Of a DNA stretch of 64,000 bases, positions 50,589 to 61,394 are shown piece by piece (within the stretch, counting starts at the first letter, position 1; each line of letters starts with the position of its first letter). The position numbers were made by a program, and so were the translations under genes. Under the pieces are notes generated by a model, which saw nothing but the letters and a program-made list of their open reading frames with translations, searched no databases and was not told where the DNA came from. The stretch covers positions 896,001 to 960,000 of the forward strand of contig CAVZLN010000003.1 of the NCBI GenBank assembly GCA_963776245.1, written 5' to 3'. The DNA comes from Candidatus Eiseniibacteriota bacterium (lineage in GTDB: Bacteria; Eisenbacteria; RBG-16-71-46).

Positions 50589-52247
50589 ATGACGAAGCGC
50601 AGCCGGACCGCCCGGGGCAGGACCGCCGCCGTCCGGCGCGCCCCGGAGGCCGCGCGTCCCCACGGACCGCTCGCGCGTGCGCTCGCCCTCGTGCTCCCGG
50701 TGCTCGCGCTCGCCGCGTGCGCCGCGCTGATCGCGCGGCTGGCGCTGCAGGCCAACGGCGGCGTGTTCGCGACCGACGAGTGCTTCCACGCCTACGCCTC
50801 GCAGTGGCTGCTCGCGCACCGCGCCCTGCCGGCCGAGTTCCCGATCTTCTATTCCGGTTTCTACTACTACTACAACCCGATGTTCCACGTGCTGGGCGCG
50901 CTGTGGGCCGGCGTGCTCGGAGCGCCGGCGCTCCACCTGCTGCCGGTGGCCATCCACGCGGCGCTGCTGGTGGTGCTCGCGACCGGGGCGCTGGGCGCCG
51001 TGCCGCTCGGCGCCGGGCGCTGGGCGGCGGTGCTGTGCGCGACCAGCCTGACGCTCACCGCGTACGCGGTGCGGTTGTACGTCGACGGGCTGGTGGCGCT
51101 GGTGTTCATCCTCGCGGTGGCGCTGGTGCTGCGGGTGCGCGCGCACGGCCGCTGGCGCGACGCGGTGGCGCTCGGGATCGTCACCGGGATCGCCCTGCTC
51201 ACCAAGTTCAACGCGGTGCTCCTGCCCCTGCTGCTCGCGGGGCTCGCGGTGGTCCATGCGGTCCGCCACGAGCGGCGGCTGGCGCGGGCGTACGCGCTCG
51301 CCTGCGCGCTCGGCCTGCTGATCGTGCTGCCCTGGTACGTCCGCAACCACGTGCTGTACGGCAGCCCGTTCTATCCGGCCGGCGCGCGCGACCTCGACCG
51401 CGCGCTGTACGCGCTCAACCGCGCGAAGTTCAGCCTCCCGCCGGGGCTGTTCCTCGCCCGGCTGCCGGGGGTCATCGGGCCGTGGCTCGGGGCGTTCGGC
51501 GCCGCGGCGCTCGCCGCCGCCGCGTGGAAGCGGCGCTTCGCGCTGCGCGAGGGCCTCATCGTCCTGGCGTTGCTGGGGATGGTCGCGACGGCTTTCTTCC
51601 CGATGAGCGCCGCGCGCCACCTGACCCCGATGCTCGCGCTGCTGGCGCTCGCCGGCGCGTGGGGGGTGCACGACCTGGTGCGCGCGAGGCCCCGGTGGCG
51701 GCTCGCGATCGAGGCCGCGCTGGTCGCGCTCATGATCCACACGCTGTGGACCATGCCCGACCATCGGGGACCCGCGAACCTGCCCGCCTACCTGCAGACG
51801 GCGTTCCCGCATGTCGCGGAGCGCACTCCGGCGGACGCGCGCATCCTGAGCCTGTGGACCTACGACACCGCCTACTACACCGGACGCGCGGCGGCGTGGC
51901 CCAACCCGTGGGGCCAGCGGGAGCACGCGACCGCGATGTTCTACGACACCGACCCCGACCTGTTCCTCCGGCACCTGGAGGAGGCGCGCATCGACTACAT
52001 CCTGGTGCCGATCGGGACCGGGCGGCCCGAGTTCGACAGCGCCAATTACCCGATGCGGTTCATGAACAGCCTCGACGCGCTGGTGCAGCGCGACCCCACG
52101 CGCGTGGTGTGGAACTCGAACGTGCTGGCGCTGGTGCGCGTGGCGGGGCACGACCGCGCGCGCCCGGTGCCGGAGCGGGGACCCGCCGGCGCCGCGCCCG
52201 GCACGGGTCCCGCACGCCCGCGTACGGGCGGAAAGGAGCCCCGATGA
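50589..52247 (+). CDS. GT-C (family 39-like) membrane glycosyltransferase
   Basis: TDE after TM1, NPMFH, YVD, LLTK, PWYVRN...GSPFYP; start position uncertain. Confidence 0.75.
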   Translation: MTKRSRTARGRTAAVRRAPEAARPHGPLARALALVLPVLALAACAALIARLALQANGGVFATDECFHAYASQWLLAHRALPAEFPIFYSGFYYYYNPMFHVLGALWAGVLGAPALHLLPVAIHAALLVVLATGALGAVPLGAGRWAAVLCATSLTLTAYAVRLYVDGLVALVFILAVALVLRVRAHGRWRDAVALGIVTGIALLTKFNAVLLPLLLAGLAVVHAVRHERRLARAYALACALGLLIVLPWYVRNHVLYGSPFYPAGARDLDRALYALNRAKFSLPPGLFLARLPGVIGPWLGAFGAAALAAAAWKRRFALREGLIVLALLGMVATAFFPMSAARHLTPMLALLALAGAWGVHDLVRARPRWRLAIEAALVALMIHTLWTMPDHRGPANLPAYLQTAFPHVAERTPADARILSLWTYDTAYYTGRAAAWPNPWGQREHATAMFYDTDPDLFLRHLEEARIDYILVPIGTGRPEFDSANYPMRFMNSLDALVQRDPTRVVWNSNVLALVRVAGHDRARPVPERGPAGAAPGTGPARPRTGGKEPR

Positions 52248-52588
52248 CCGACTGCGTCTTCTGCCGCATCGCGACCGGCAGCATCCCGTGCAACAAAGTG
52301 GCGGAGAGCGACCAGGTGCTGGCGTTCCGCGACCTCGACCCGCGGGCGCCGACGCACGTGCTGCTCATCCCGAAGGCCCACGTGGCCGACTCCGCCGCGA
52401 GCCTCGGGCCCGCCCACGCCGCGATGCTCGGCGAGCTGTTCGCGCTCGCCGCGCGCGTGGCGCGGGAGGCGAAGCTCGATCAGGGCTGGCGGCTGGTGAC
52501 CAACGTCGGTCCGCACGCCGGGCAGACCGTGCACCACCTGCACGTGCACCTGCTGGGCGGGCGCGCGATGCAATGGCCGCCGGGCTGA
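52244..52588 (+). CDS. HIT family nucleotide-binding protein (HinT-like)
   Basis: DCVFC, AFRD, HVLLIPK, GQTVHHLHVHLLGGR, WPPG. Confidence 0.95.
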   Translation: MTDCVFCRIATGSIPCNKVAESDQVLAFRDLDPRAPTHVLLIPKAHVADSAASLGPAHAAMLGELFALAARVAREAKLDQGWRLVTNVGPHAGQTVHHLHVHLLGGRAMQWPPG

Positions 52589-52680
52589 GCGGCACGACCG
52601 CGCACGAGTCCTTGTGCCGGGCGCGCGTCCGCGGCTAAGGTCGCGCCCGCACGCCGCACGCTCTGCCCGCGGAGACCCCC

Positions 52681-54255
52681 ATGAGCCAGCCCGCCCGTTC
52701 CGCCGCGCCCGCCTCGCGCGGGTTCACGCGCCTGCTCGACGCGCTCGAGCGCATCGGCAACCGCCTGCCCGACCCGGCCACCCTGTTCGTGCTGCTCGCG
52801 CTCGCGGTGCTGGCCGCCTCGTGGATCGCCGCGCGGCTCGACCTCCACGCGGTGCACCCGAAGGACGGCACGCTCATCTCCGCGGTCAACCTGCTCGACG
52901 CGGCGGGCATCCGGCGCATCTTCACCGAGGCGGTGCGGAATTTCATGAACTTCGCGCCGCTCGGCATCGTGCTGGTGGCGATGATCGGCATCGGCGTGGC
53001 GGAGCCCAGCGGGCTCATCACGGTCTCGCTGCGGGCGATGGTGATGAGCGTGCCGCCCAGCCTGCTCACCGCCGCGGTGGTGTTCGCGGGCATCATGGCG
53101 CACCTCGCCGCCGACGCCGGGATCGTGGTGCTGCCGCCGATCGCCGCGATGCTGTTCATGGCCGCGGGGCGGCACCCGCTCGCCGGGCTGGCGGCCGCGT
53201 TCGCGGGCGTGACCGGCGGCTTCAGCGCCAACATCATCCCGAGCACGCTCGACGTGCTCCTGATCGGGTTCACGCAGGAGGCGACGCGGGCGTCGAACCT
53301 GCTGCCGGGCTACGTGCCGCAGGTGCTCGGGAACTACTTCTTCCTCGCCGTCTCGACGCCGCTGCTGGTGGTGCTCGGCACCTGGGTGACGCACCGCTTC
53401 GTCGAGCCGCGCCTCGGCAAGTGGACCCCGGACCCGTCGCAGGCGCCGGCCGACGCCCCGCCGTCGCACGCGCTCGCGGGCCTGGCCCCGGCCGAGAAGC
53501 GCGGGCTGGTCGCGGCGTTCGTCGCGCTCGTCCTCACGCTGGCGCTGTTCGCGCTGCTGGTGGTGCCGCCGTGGGCTCCGCTGCGCGCCGAGGGCGCCAC
53601 CACCATCGAGCGGCTGAAGCCGTTCTTCGACAGCATGGTGATCTTCGTGATGCTGTTGTTCCTCATCCCGGGGCTGGCCTACGGCATCGCCGCGGGGCGC
53701 ATCCGCAGCGACCACGACGTGACCAAGATGACCGGGGACACGCTCGGCACCATGGGCACCTACATCGTGCTGGCGTTCGCGGCGGCGCAGTTCGTGGCGT
53801 ACTTCGGATGGTCGAACCTCGGCGCCATCCTAGCGATCTCCGGCGCGCACGCGCTCAAGGCGCTCGGCCTGAGCGGCAGCGTGCTGCTGGTGGGGTTCGT
53901 GCTCTTCGCCGCGTCGCTCAACCTGTTCATCACCTCGGCGTCCGCCAAGTGGGGGATCCTCGCGCCGGTGTTCGTGCCGATGTTCGTGCTGCTCGGGTTC
54001 ACCCCCGAGGGCACCCAGGTGGTGTTCCGCATCGGCGACTCGTGCACCAACATCATCACCCCGTTGCTGCCGTACATGCCGTTCATCCTCGCGGCCGCGC
54101 AGCGCTACGACCCCAAGGCGGGCACCGGCACGCTGATCGCGCTGATGATCCCGTACTCGGTGGTCTTCCTGGTGGCGTGGACCGCCCTGCTGCTGCTGTT
54201 CTACTTCATGGCCTGGCCGATCGGCCCCGGCGTGCACCTGCGGCTCCCGGGGTAG
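52681..54255 (+). CDS. abgT: AbgT family transporter
   Basis: ERIGNRLPDP, FAPLG, GRHPLAG, GGFSAN, SASAKW, RIGDSCTNIITP, PIGPG. Confidence 0.93.
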   Translation: MSQPARSAAPASRGFTRLLDALERIGNRLPDPATLFVLLALAVLAASWIAARLDLHAVHPKDGTLISAVNLLDAAGIRRIFTEAVRNFMNFAPLGIVLVAMIGIGVAEPSGLITVSLRAMVMSVPPSLLTAAVVFAGIMAHLAADAGIVVLPPIAAMLFMAAGRHPLAGLAAAFAGVTGGFSANIIPSTLDVLLIGFTQEATRASNLLPGYVPQVLGNYFFLAVSTPLLVVLGTWVTHRFVEPRLGKWTPDPSQAPADAPPSHALAGLAPAEKRGLVAAFVALVLTLALFALLVVPPWAPLRAEGATTIERLKPFFDSMVIFVMLLFLIPGLAYGIAAGRIRSDHDVTKMTGDTLGTMGTYIVLAFAAAQFVAYFGWSNLGAILAISGAHALKALGLSGSVLLVGFVLFAASLNLFITSASAKWGILAPVFVPMFVLLGFTPEGTQVVFRIGDSCTNIITPLLPYMPFILAAAQRYDPKAGTGTLIALMIPYSVVFLVAWTALLLLFYFMAWPIGPGVHLRLPG

Positions 54256-54296
54256 GACGCGCGGCGGGCCGCCGCGCCGCCGCCGGAGGAGAGACG

Positions 54297-55677
54297 ATGT
54301 CACGAGAACTGCTGTTCGACGCGGCGACGCGCGCGACGCGTTACCTCGAGGGGCTCGACGGCCGCCCGGTGCGTCCGGACCCCGCAGCGGTCGCGAACCT
54401 GAGGTCCTGGGACACGCCGCTGCCCGACGGCCCCACCGACCCGCGCGAGGTGCTGCGGCTGCTCGACGAGACCGGCTCGCCGGCGACCATGGCGATGGCG
54501 GGCCCGCGCTTCTTCGGGTTCGTCATCGGCGGCTCGCTGCCGGTGACGCTGGCGGCGAACTGGCTGGCCACCGCGTGGGACCAGAACACCGGGCTCTATC
54601 ACCCCACCCCGTCGCACCGCCGAGCTCGAGCGCGTCGCGCTGCGCTGGCTGCTCGACGCTGCTCGGGCTGCCGCTCCGGCTGCGGGGGCGCGTTCGTCAC
54701 CGGCGCGACCGTGGCCAATTTCACCGCGCTCGCGGCGGCGCGCCACGCGGTGCTCGAGCGCGCCGGCTGGGACGTCGAGGCCGACGGCCTGTTCGGCGCG
54801 CCGCCGATCACGGTGGTGGTGGGCGAGGAGGTGCATCCCACGCTGCTCAAGTCGCTCGGCGTGCTCGGGCCTCGGCCGCACGCGCGTGGTGCGCGTGCCG
54901 GTCGACGGGCAGGGCCGCATGCGCGCCGACGCGCTGCCGCGGCTCGCGGGGCCCGACGATCGTCTGCGTGCAGGCCGGCAACGTGAACACCGGCGCGTTC
55001 GATCCGCTCGCCGAGATCGTGCCCGCGCGCCCAGGCGGCGGGCGCGTGGGTGCACGTGGACGGCGCGTTCGGCCTGTGGGCCGCGGCGGCGCCCGCGCGG
55101 CGCACCTGCTCGCGGGCATGGCCGCGCGCGGACTCGTGGGCGACCGACGCGCACAAGTGGCTCAACGTGCCGTACGACAGCGGGCTCGCGTTCGTGCGCG
55201 ACGCGCGGGCGCTGCGCGCGGCGATGGCGGTCACGCGCGGCCTACCTGCCGACGCGACGCCGGCGCGCAACCCGTCGCGACTTCACGCCGGAGCTCTCGC
55301 GCCGCGCGCGCGGCGTCGAGGTGTGGGCCGCGCTGCGCGCGCTCGGGCGCGCCGGGCTCGCCGAGCTGATCGAGCGCAACTGCCGCCAGGCGCGACGCTT
55401 CGCCGACGGGCCTGCGCGCGGCGGGCTACGAGGTGCTCAACGACGTGGTGCTCAACCAGGTGCTGGTCGTCGTTCGGCGACGCCGCCACCGACGCGCGCG
55501 TCATCGCCGCGGTGCAGGCGGACGGCACCTGCTGGTGCGGCGGCACCGATCTGGCAGGGCCGGACCGCGATGCGCATCAGCGTGTGCTCCTGGGCCACCA
55601 CCGACGACGACGTCGAGCGCAGCCTGGCCGCGATCCTGCGCGCGGCCGCGCGGGTCGGGGCGACCCCGGCGCGGTGA
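54297..55677 (+). CDS. Group II PLP-dependent decarboxylase (many frameshifts 54610-55555)
   Basis: PRFFGFVIGG, WDQN, FVTGATVAN, QAGNVNTGAFD, HVDGAFG, DSWATDAHKWLNVPYD, PELSRRARG, MRISV across frames. Confidence 0.85.
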
Positions 55678-55737
55678 GGCGTCCGGCCGCGGCGGGCGCG
55701 GCCGGCGGGGCGCCGGCGGCCGCCCCGCCGCCGGGCG

Positions 55738-57087
55738 TCAGGCGGCGGTGGCCCGCCGCGCGTCGATCGCGCGCGTGACCACGATGAACACCATCATCGC
55801 CGCGAACGAGACCGCGCCGACGATCGCGAACGCGTACCAGAGGTAGTGGGCGTGCGCGTACGCCTCGGGCATCGGGCCCTGCCCGGCGAGCGCCAGGGTG
55901 TGCTGCGCCTGCACCGCGGCCGGCAGCTCCCGGGGGTTCGGGCAGAACATCTTCAGCATGTACCCGCCGAAGATGAATCCGAACAGCCACGCGAAGAAGG
56001 TGTTCAGGTGCGCGTAGCCCAGATAGAGGCCCTCGCGCCCCGGCGGCGCCTGCTTCGAGGCGAACTCCAGGTACTTCGGGCTCAGGAAGCACTCGGCGAA
56101 GCCCTGGATGGCGATGCCGATCACCATCATCACCGTGATCGGATGCACCGGCGCCCCGAAGAGGATGAGGTTGCCGTGGAACAGGTGCGCGGCGGACATC
56201 GCCAGCGAGGACAGCGGGATCAGGGTCATCGCCACCGCGATCGAGACCGCGGGCGCCCAGTTGCGCACCAGGTGGGTGACCGCGACCACGCACAGCACCA
56301 CCACGAACGGGTTCACGTTGGCGTACCACTCCGGCTTGTAGGACTCGCCCGCCATGCGCATCACGTAGTCCGGCATCGAGGCGTAGAGCTGGCCCTGGAT
56401 CGCCCAGAACCCCGCGGTGATCAGGATGAGCGCGGTGAAGCGCAGGTTGGTCATCGCCGTGAGCATGCCGGCCAGCGTCTCGCGGGCGCTGTGCGGACGG
56501 CTGGCGCCGTTCTCCGCCGGGCGGTAGAACAGCGCCACCACGATCAGCGCGATGAGCGCGGCCGCGGCCGAGAAGTACGGCACGTTCTGCACCCCGAGCT
56601 GGAGCCGCACCGGCGCGGCGATGGTCTTGCCGGTGAACGATCCGATGTTCACCATCATGTAGAAGATGCTGAACGCGCGCGCGCGGTTGGCGTCGCTCGA
56701 GGACTTCGACGCGGTGGCGGTGATCACCGGCTTCACGAACGCGCCGCCGAGGACGATGAGCGCCAGCGCGCCGAACACCGGCACGAGCCCGTGGGACGCC
56801 CCGAGCAGGGCGTACCCTGCCGTCAGCAGCGCGAAGGCGAGCAGCAGCGAGCGGCGGAACCCCAGCCGGTCGGCCGCCGCGCCGGTGAAGAACGGGAACA
56901 GGTAGATGAAGGCGCTGAAGAACGCGCCCACGTAGCCCGCCGCCACGTCCCCGAGGCCGACGATGTCGAGCAGGAACTTCCGCAGGACGATGAAGGTGCC
57001 GTAGTAGGCCGAGCGCTCGAACAGCTCGGCGACGTTGGCGGTCCAGAAGGCGCGCGGGAAGCGCCAGGTGGTCGAGATCTCGGTCAT
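55738..57087 (-). CDS. MFS transporter (POT/PTR-like)
   Basis: ELFERSAYYG (ExxER), ADRLGFR, FVKP, FYMMVNIG, AE..LSP. Confidence 0.88.
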   Translation of the reverse strand: MTEISTTWRFPRAFWTANVAELFERSAYYGTFIVLRKFLLDIVGLGDVAAGYVGAFFSAFIYLFPFFTGAAADRLGFRRSLLLAFALLTAGYALLGASHGLVPVFGALALIVLGGAFVKPVITATASKSSSDANRARAFSIFYMMVNIGSFTGKTIAAPVRLQLGVQNVPYFSAAAALIALIVVALFYRPAENGASRPHSARETLAGMLTAMTNLRFTALILITAGFWAIQGQLYASMPDYVMRMAGESYKPEWYANVNPFVVVLCVVAVTHLVRNWAPAVSIAVAMTLIPLSSLAMSAAHLFHGNLILFGAPVHPITVMMVIGIAIQGFAECFLSPKYLEFASKQAPPGREGLYLGYAHLNTFFAWLFGFIFGGYMLKMFCPNPRELPAAVQAQHTLALAGQGPMPEAYAHAHYLWYAFAIVGAVSFAAMMVFIVVTRAIDARRATAA

Positions 57088-57299
57088 GCCGTCGCTCCGG
57101 TGCGCGTGAAGGTCGAGGGGGAGCCGCAGCCTGACCGAATCGGCGTCCGCGGGCAACCGGCGCCCGCGCCGGTGCCCGGCTCCAGGTCGGCCTCGGCGCC
57201 CGCTTCCGCCGCTCGGGGCCGACCGGGGTCGCGGGGCACGAGGGGTTGCGGCGCGGCGCGCCCGCGCCTACGTTCTAAGCAGTCCCGGAGCCCGACCCC

Positions 57300-58349
57300 A
57301 TGATCGCGCCCGATCTTCCGCTCATCGATCTGCACCGCCACCTCGAGGGCAGCGTGCGCCTTTCGACGGTGCTCGACCTCGGCCGGCGGCACGGGCTGCC
57401 GCTGCCGGCGTGGGACGAGGATGGGCTGCGCCCGCACGCCACCGTCAGCGCTCCCACTCCCGGCGTGATGGCGTTCATCGACCGTTTCCGTTGCGCCACG
57501 CTCGCGATGGTGGACACCGCCGCGTGCCGCCGGATGGCGGAGGAGTGCGTCGCGGACGCCGCGCGCGAAGGGATCGACCATCTCGAGCTGCGCTTCAGCC
57601 CGTGGTTCATGGCGGTGACCCACGCGCTCGATCCGGCCGAAGTGGTCGAGGCGGTGGTGGAGGGCGCGCTCACCGCCGCCCACGAGCACGGCGTGAGTCT
57701 CGGGCTCATCGGCATCCTCAGCCGCACCTACGGGACGGAGGTGGCGGCGCGCGAACTGGACGCGCTGCTCACGGCGCGCGAGTGGATCGTGGCGCTCGAC
57801 CTCGCGGGGGACGAGGCGCGCTTCCCGGCGCCGCTGTTCGCCCCGCACTTCCGTCGCGCGCGCGATGCCGGGTGGCACGTCACCGTGCACGCCGGGGAGG
57901 TGGCGGGAGCGGAGAGCGTGGCCGCGGCGATCCGCGACCTGGGCGCCGAGCGCATCGGCCACGCGGTGCGCGCCATCGACGAACCGGCGCTGCTCGACCT
58001 GATGGCGGCGCGCGGCATCGGCATCGAGGCCAACCTCACGAGCAACGTGCAGACCAGCACGGTTGCGGGCTACGCCGCCCACCCGATGCGCGCGTTCCTC
58101 GAGCGCGGCCTGCTCGCCAGCCTCAACACCGACGATCCGAGCATCAGCGGCATCGACCTGCCTCACGAGTACGAGGTGGCGGCGCCCGCGGCCGGGCTGG
58201 ACGCCGCGCGCATCCGGGTGGCGCAGGCCAACGCGCTCGCAACCGCGTTCCTTTCGGAGCATCAGAAGCGGGGACTCGCCGAGGCGGGGAACGCGCGCGC
58301 CGCGACCCGGCGGGCGACCGAAGCCTCCATCACGAGGAGAGAGCCATGA
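57300..58349 (+). CDS. add: Adenosine deaminase
   Basis: DLHRHLEG, ELRFSP, DLAGDE, HAGE, RIGH, NTDDP. Confidence 0.93.
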   Translation: MIAPDLPLIDLHRHLEGSVRLSTVLDLGRRHGLPLPAWDEDGLRPHATVSAPTPGVMAFIDRFRCATLAMVDTAACRRMAEECVADAAREGIDHLELRFSPWFMAVTHALDPAEVVEAVVEGALTAAHEHGVSLGLIGILSRTYGTEVAARELDALLTAREWIVALDLAGDEARFPAPLFAPHFRRARDAGWHVTVHAGEVAGAESVAAAIRDLGAERIGHAVRAIDEPALLDLMAARGIGIEANLTSNVQTSTVAGYAAHPMRAFLERGLLASLNTDDPSISGIDLPHEYEVAAPAAGLDAARIRVAQANALATAFLSEHQKRGLAEAGNARAATRRATEASITRREP

Positions 58350-58738
58350 GTGAGGCCGGGCACGACGAAGTGGGGAGCATCGGCTGGGTGGACCTCACGG
58401 TCCCGGACGCCGACGCCCTCCGCGAGTTCTACCGGAGCGTGGTGGGGTGGAGTTCGGCCGCGGTGGACATGGGGGGCTACGACGACTGGACCATGAGCAC
58501 GCCGGAGAGCGGCATGGCCGTGGCCGGCGTGTGCCACGCGCGCGGCGTGAACGTGGGGCTGCCCACGCAGTGGCTGGTGTACGTCACCGTGGCCGATCTC
58601 GACCGCAGCCTGACGCGCTGCGCCGAGCTGGGCGGCGCGGTGCTCGCGGGGCCCCGGGACATGGGCGGGCACGGCCGCTTCGCGGTGATCCGCGATCCCG
58701 CCGGCGCGGTGGTGGCGCTGCGCGAAGCGCGGCGCTGA
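58346..58738 (+). CDS. VOC/glyoxalase family protein
   Basis: WVDLTVPDA..LREFY..VVGW, WLVY.TVADLD, IRDPAGA. Confidence 0.9.
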   Translation: MSEAGHDEVGSIGWVDLTVPDADALREFYRSVVGWSSAAVDMGGYDDWTMSTPESGMAVAGVCHARGVNVGLPTQWLVYVTVADLDRSLTRCAELGGAVLAGPRDMGGHGRFAVIRDPAGAVVALREARR

Positions 58739-58813
58739 GCGCGCCCGCCGCATCGACACCGCGCGCCCGGAGCGTTCGCCCCGGGCGCGCGTGATGTCTG
58801 CGGATGCGCCGCG

Positions 58814-61186
58814 CTAGCGGCTGCGCACCGCTGAGTCGAGATACGCGCGGATCGCCTTGAACTGCCCGGCGCCGTCGAGGCCGGCCTCGGCCAGCACGGC
58901 CCCACCCTGTCCGCTGCCGGGGAAATGCCCCCTGGCGTAGGGGTGCAATGTGGCGGTGCGGCCGCGCTCGGAGCGCACCCACCGGTAGAGGGTGGCGAGC
59001 GTGAACCCGGTGATGCCCATCGCCTCCTGCGCGCGCGCCTCGGGGAAGATGCGTTCGCGCTCCGCGGCCGGCAGCGCGTCGAACAGCTCGGCGCTGGCGA
59101 CGTAGTACACGTCGAGGTCGATGCCCGCCTTCTCGAGCAGCGGCAGCACATCGGCCACGAACGCGAGCGTGACGGCGCTCTCCTGCAGCACCACCACGCC
59201 GTCGGCGGTCCCCCTGGGCGCGCGCAGGCGGTACACCCCGGTGCTCGCCGCGGTCACCGGCGCCAGCCCGAGCTTCGCGCGGTCGGGCACGGTCTCGTTG
59301 GGGCGGGTCACGAACGGCGCGATCACCGCCGGCCGGCGCGCGAGCGCGGCCGAGACCAGCGTCCACATCTCGGCCGGCTCCCACGGGGTGAGCGTGATGG
59401 AGGTGCCGGGCGGGAAGTTCTCCTGCAGCAGCTGGAGCGCCTGCGGGTCGGCGTGCGTCGGGCCGTCCTCGCCGGTCTTCAGGCCCGCGTGCGCGCCCAC
59501 CAGGATCATCGGCCGGTACTCGCCGCCGAACGCGTGGGTGCGCGCCTGATTGCCGATCGCGTGCAGGCGCGCCGCGATGTGCGCGAGCGGGGCGAGGAAC
59601 GCGGCGTACGACGACGCCACGCCGATGTGGTGCCCGTACGACCCGAGGCCGGAGCACACCCCGGCCATCGCGTCCTCGCAGATGCCGCCGATCGAGAGCG
59701 TGCGCGCCCCGGCATTGGTGCGCGCGTTCCAGTACCCGGGCGGGAACCCGCTCGCGACCGTGTTGACGCTGGTGGAGCCGAGCAGATCGGCGGACATCAC
59801 GAACAGCGCGCCGTTCGACTCCTTGTTGTAGTGGCTTAAGACCTTGCCGAGCTCGCCGCGCAACGTGGTGACGGTGCCGGGCGCCAGCCGCAGCGGTTCG
59901 GGCACCGCGTCGCCCTGGCGCTCGGCCAGCGCGTACACCTTGGCGACCTCCGGAGCGCCGGCGCGCGGCTTGCGCGCGCGCTTCGCCAGCCGCTCGCGCG
60001 AGGCGCGCAGCCGGGCGGCGAAGAACTTCACCGTGTCCGCGCGCTTCTGCAGTTCGACGCGCACGATCTGGAGCGCGTCCCACATGCACGCTTCCATCAC
60101 GCCCGCCCCGTCGGCGACGGCGCAGCGCGGAGCGCTCATGCCCTTGCACGACGGCAGGGTCACCACGCGGCCCTCGAGCAGCGGCTCGAGCGCGGCGTAG
60201 AAGCCGTCGGAGCACAGCCCGTGACCGGCGCCGTGCGAGGCGCGGCCCTCGATGCCGTACTGCCAGCCCTTCACGGTGCGGTACACGATCGCGGTGGGCT
60301 GCCCGGTGTCGAACGTGGCCGCGAGGCGCTGCGCGGCCAGGACCTGCTGGAAGTCCTTGCCGTCCGGCACCGCGATCACGTTCCAGTCGTGCAGGTATGC
60401 CAGCTCGGCCGGCGTCCACTGTACGTAGTCGCCGGGCTGCTCGCCGTCGCGGCACACCTGGTTCGAGTCGATCGAGGCCTGGTTCCAGTCCACGTGCAGC
60501 AGCGCGTTGTCGAGCGACGCGGTGCCGGCGGCGGCGAGCGCCTCGGCGACGCGGCCGGGGGTGAGCCCGCCCTCGCCCTCGACGATGTGCACGCGCGGCG
60601 CGTCGGCGCCGAAGTGGTCGCGCGCCCCGAACGCCAGACCGAGCGAGGCCGAGACGCCCACTCCCGACGCGCCGGTCGAGAGGCGCACGAACGGCGTGGC
60701 CGGCGTGGGATGACCGTCGAGCGCCTTGACCCCGAAGCGCGCGAACAACGGCGTGCTCGCGGTCGGATTGCGGCGGAAGCCGAGCAGGTCCTCGAGCCGC
60801 AACTGGTGGGACTCCTCGCGCGGCAGCAGGTCGGGCGCCCCGACCCGCAGGATCTCGTTGCGCAGCGCCCACAGCGCGTACAGGCCGAGCGCCTTGTGGC
60901 CGGCGGCGTACGACACCATGTCCGCGTCCTCGCGCTCGGGCGACGACGGGTCGTACTCCATGGCGTCGAACAGGAGCCCCTGCACGAAGCGCCCGGACGA
61001 GATGGAGCCGCCCGGGTGGCCCGACAGGGGAACGTAGTTGTAGAGGAGCGCGACCAGCGAGCGGTAGACGAGATCGAAGGACTCGAAGTGCGCGAGCTCT
61101 TGAGCCGAGAGCGGCGCCGGGCCGGTCTTCATCGCCTCCGCGAGGTCGACGAAGCGGCCACGCCGCGGACCGAATGCGAGTGCCAT
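58814..61186 (-). CDS. Divergent transketolase-like ThDP enzyme
   Basis: SGHPGGS, AAGH, LDGHP, STGASG, GEG...DWN, TVKG, SADL, GICED, GEDGPTH. Confidence 0.82.
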   Translation of the reverse strand: MALAFGPRRGRFVDLAEAMKTGPAPLSAQELAHFESFDLVYRSLVALLYNYVPLSGHPGGSISSGRFVQGLLFDAMEYDPSSPEREDADMVSYAAGHKALGLYALWALRNEILRVGAPDLLPREESHQLRLEDLLGFRRNPTASTPLFARFGVKALDGHPTPATPFVRLSTGASGVGVSASLGLAFGARDHFGADAPRVHIVEGEGGLTPGRVAEALAAAGTASLDNALLHVDWNQASIDSNQVCRDGEQPGDYVQWTPAELAYLHDWNVIAVPDGKDFQQVLAAQRLAATFDTGQPTAIVYRTVKGWQYGIEGRASHGAGHGLCSDGFYAALEPLLEGRVVTLPSCKGMSAPRCAVADGAGVMEACMWDALQIVRVELQKRADTVKFFAARLRASRERLAKRARKPRAGAPEVAKVYALAERQGDAVPEPLRLAPGTVTTLRGELGKVLSHYNKESNGALFVMSADLLGSTSVNTVASGFPPGYWNARTNAGARTLSIGGICEDAMAGVCSGLGSYGHHIGVASSYAAFLAPLAHIAARLHAIGNQARTHAFGGEYRPMILVGAHAGLKTGEDGPTHADPQALQLLQENFPPGTSITLTPWEPAEMWTLVSAALARRPAVIAPFVTRPNETVPDRAKLGLAPVTAASTGVYRLRAPRGTADGVVVLQESAVTLAFVADVLPLLEKAGIDLDVYYVASAELFDALPAAERERIFPEARAQEAMGITGFTLATLYRWVRSERGRTATLHPYARGHFPGSGQGGAVLAEAGLDGAGQFKAIRAYLDSAVRSR

Positions 61187-61394
61187 GTGGTTCCCCCTGG
61201 TGGGCGCCGGAGCGTGGGGGACCGCGGCGCGGATGCGGGACACAGTCTCGCGCGCCGGACGCGGGCGCGTCAACGCGGGGGATGGGGCGGGGGGAAGGGG
61301 CGACGGGGCGCGAGCGGATCCCGTGCGCCCCGGCCGCATGCCCGGCCGAGCCCGCCATGGTGCGGGCCCCCGACGCGGGCTACACTCCCACGCC

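Noticed and set aside
54600..55560. Programmed frameshifting or recoding in the decarboxylase
   Set aside because: Too many shifts, no slippery heptamers, and the same pattern in unrelated genes; sequencing error is more parsimonious.
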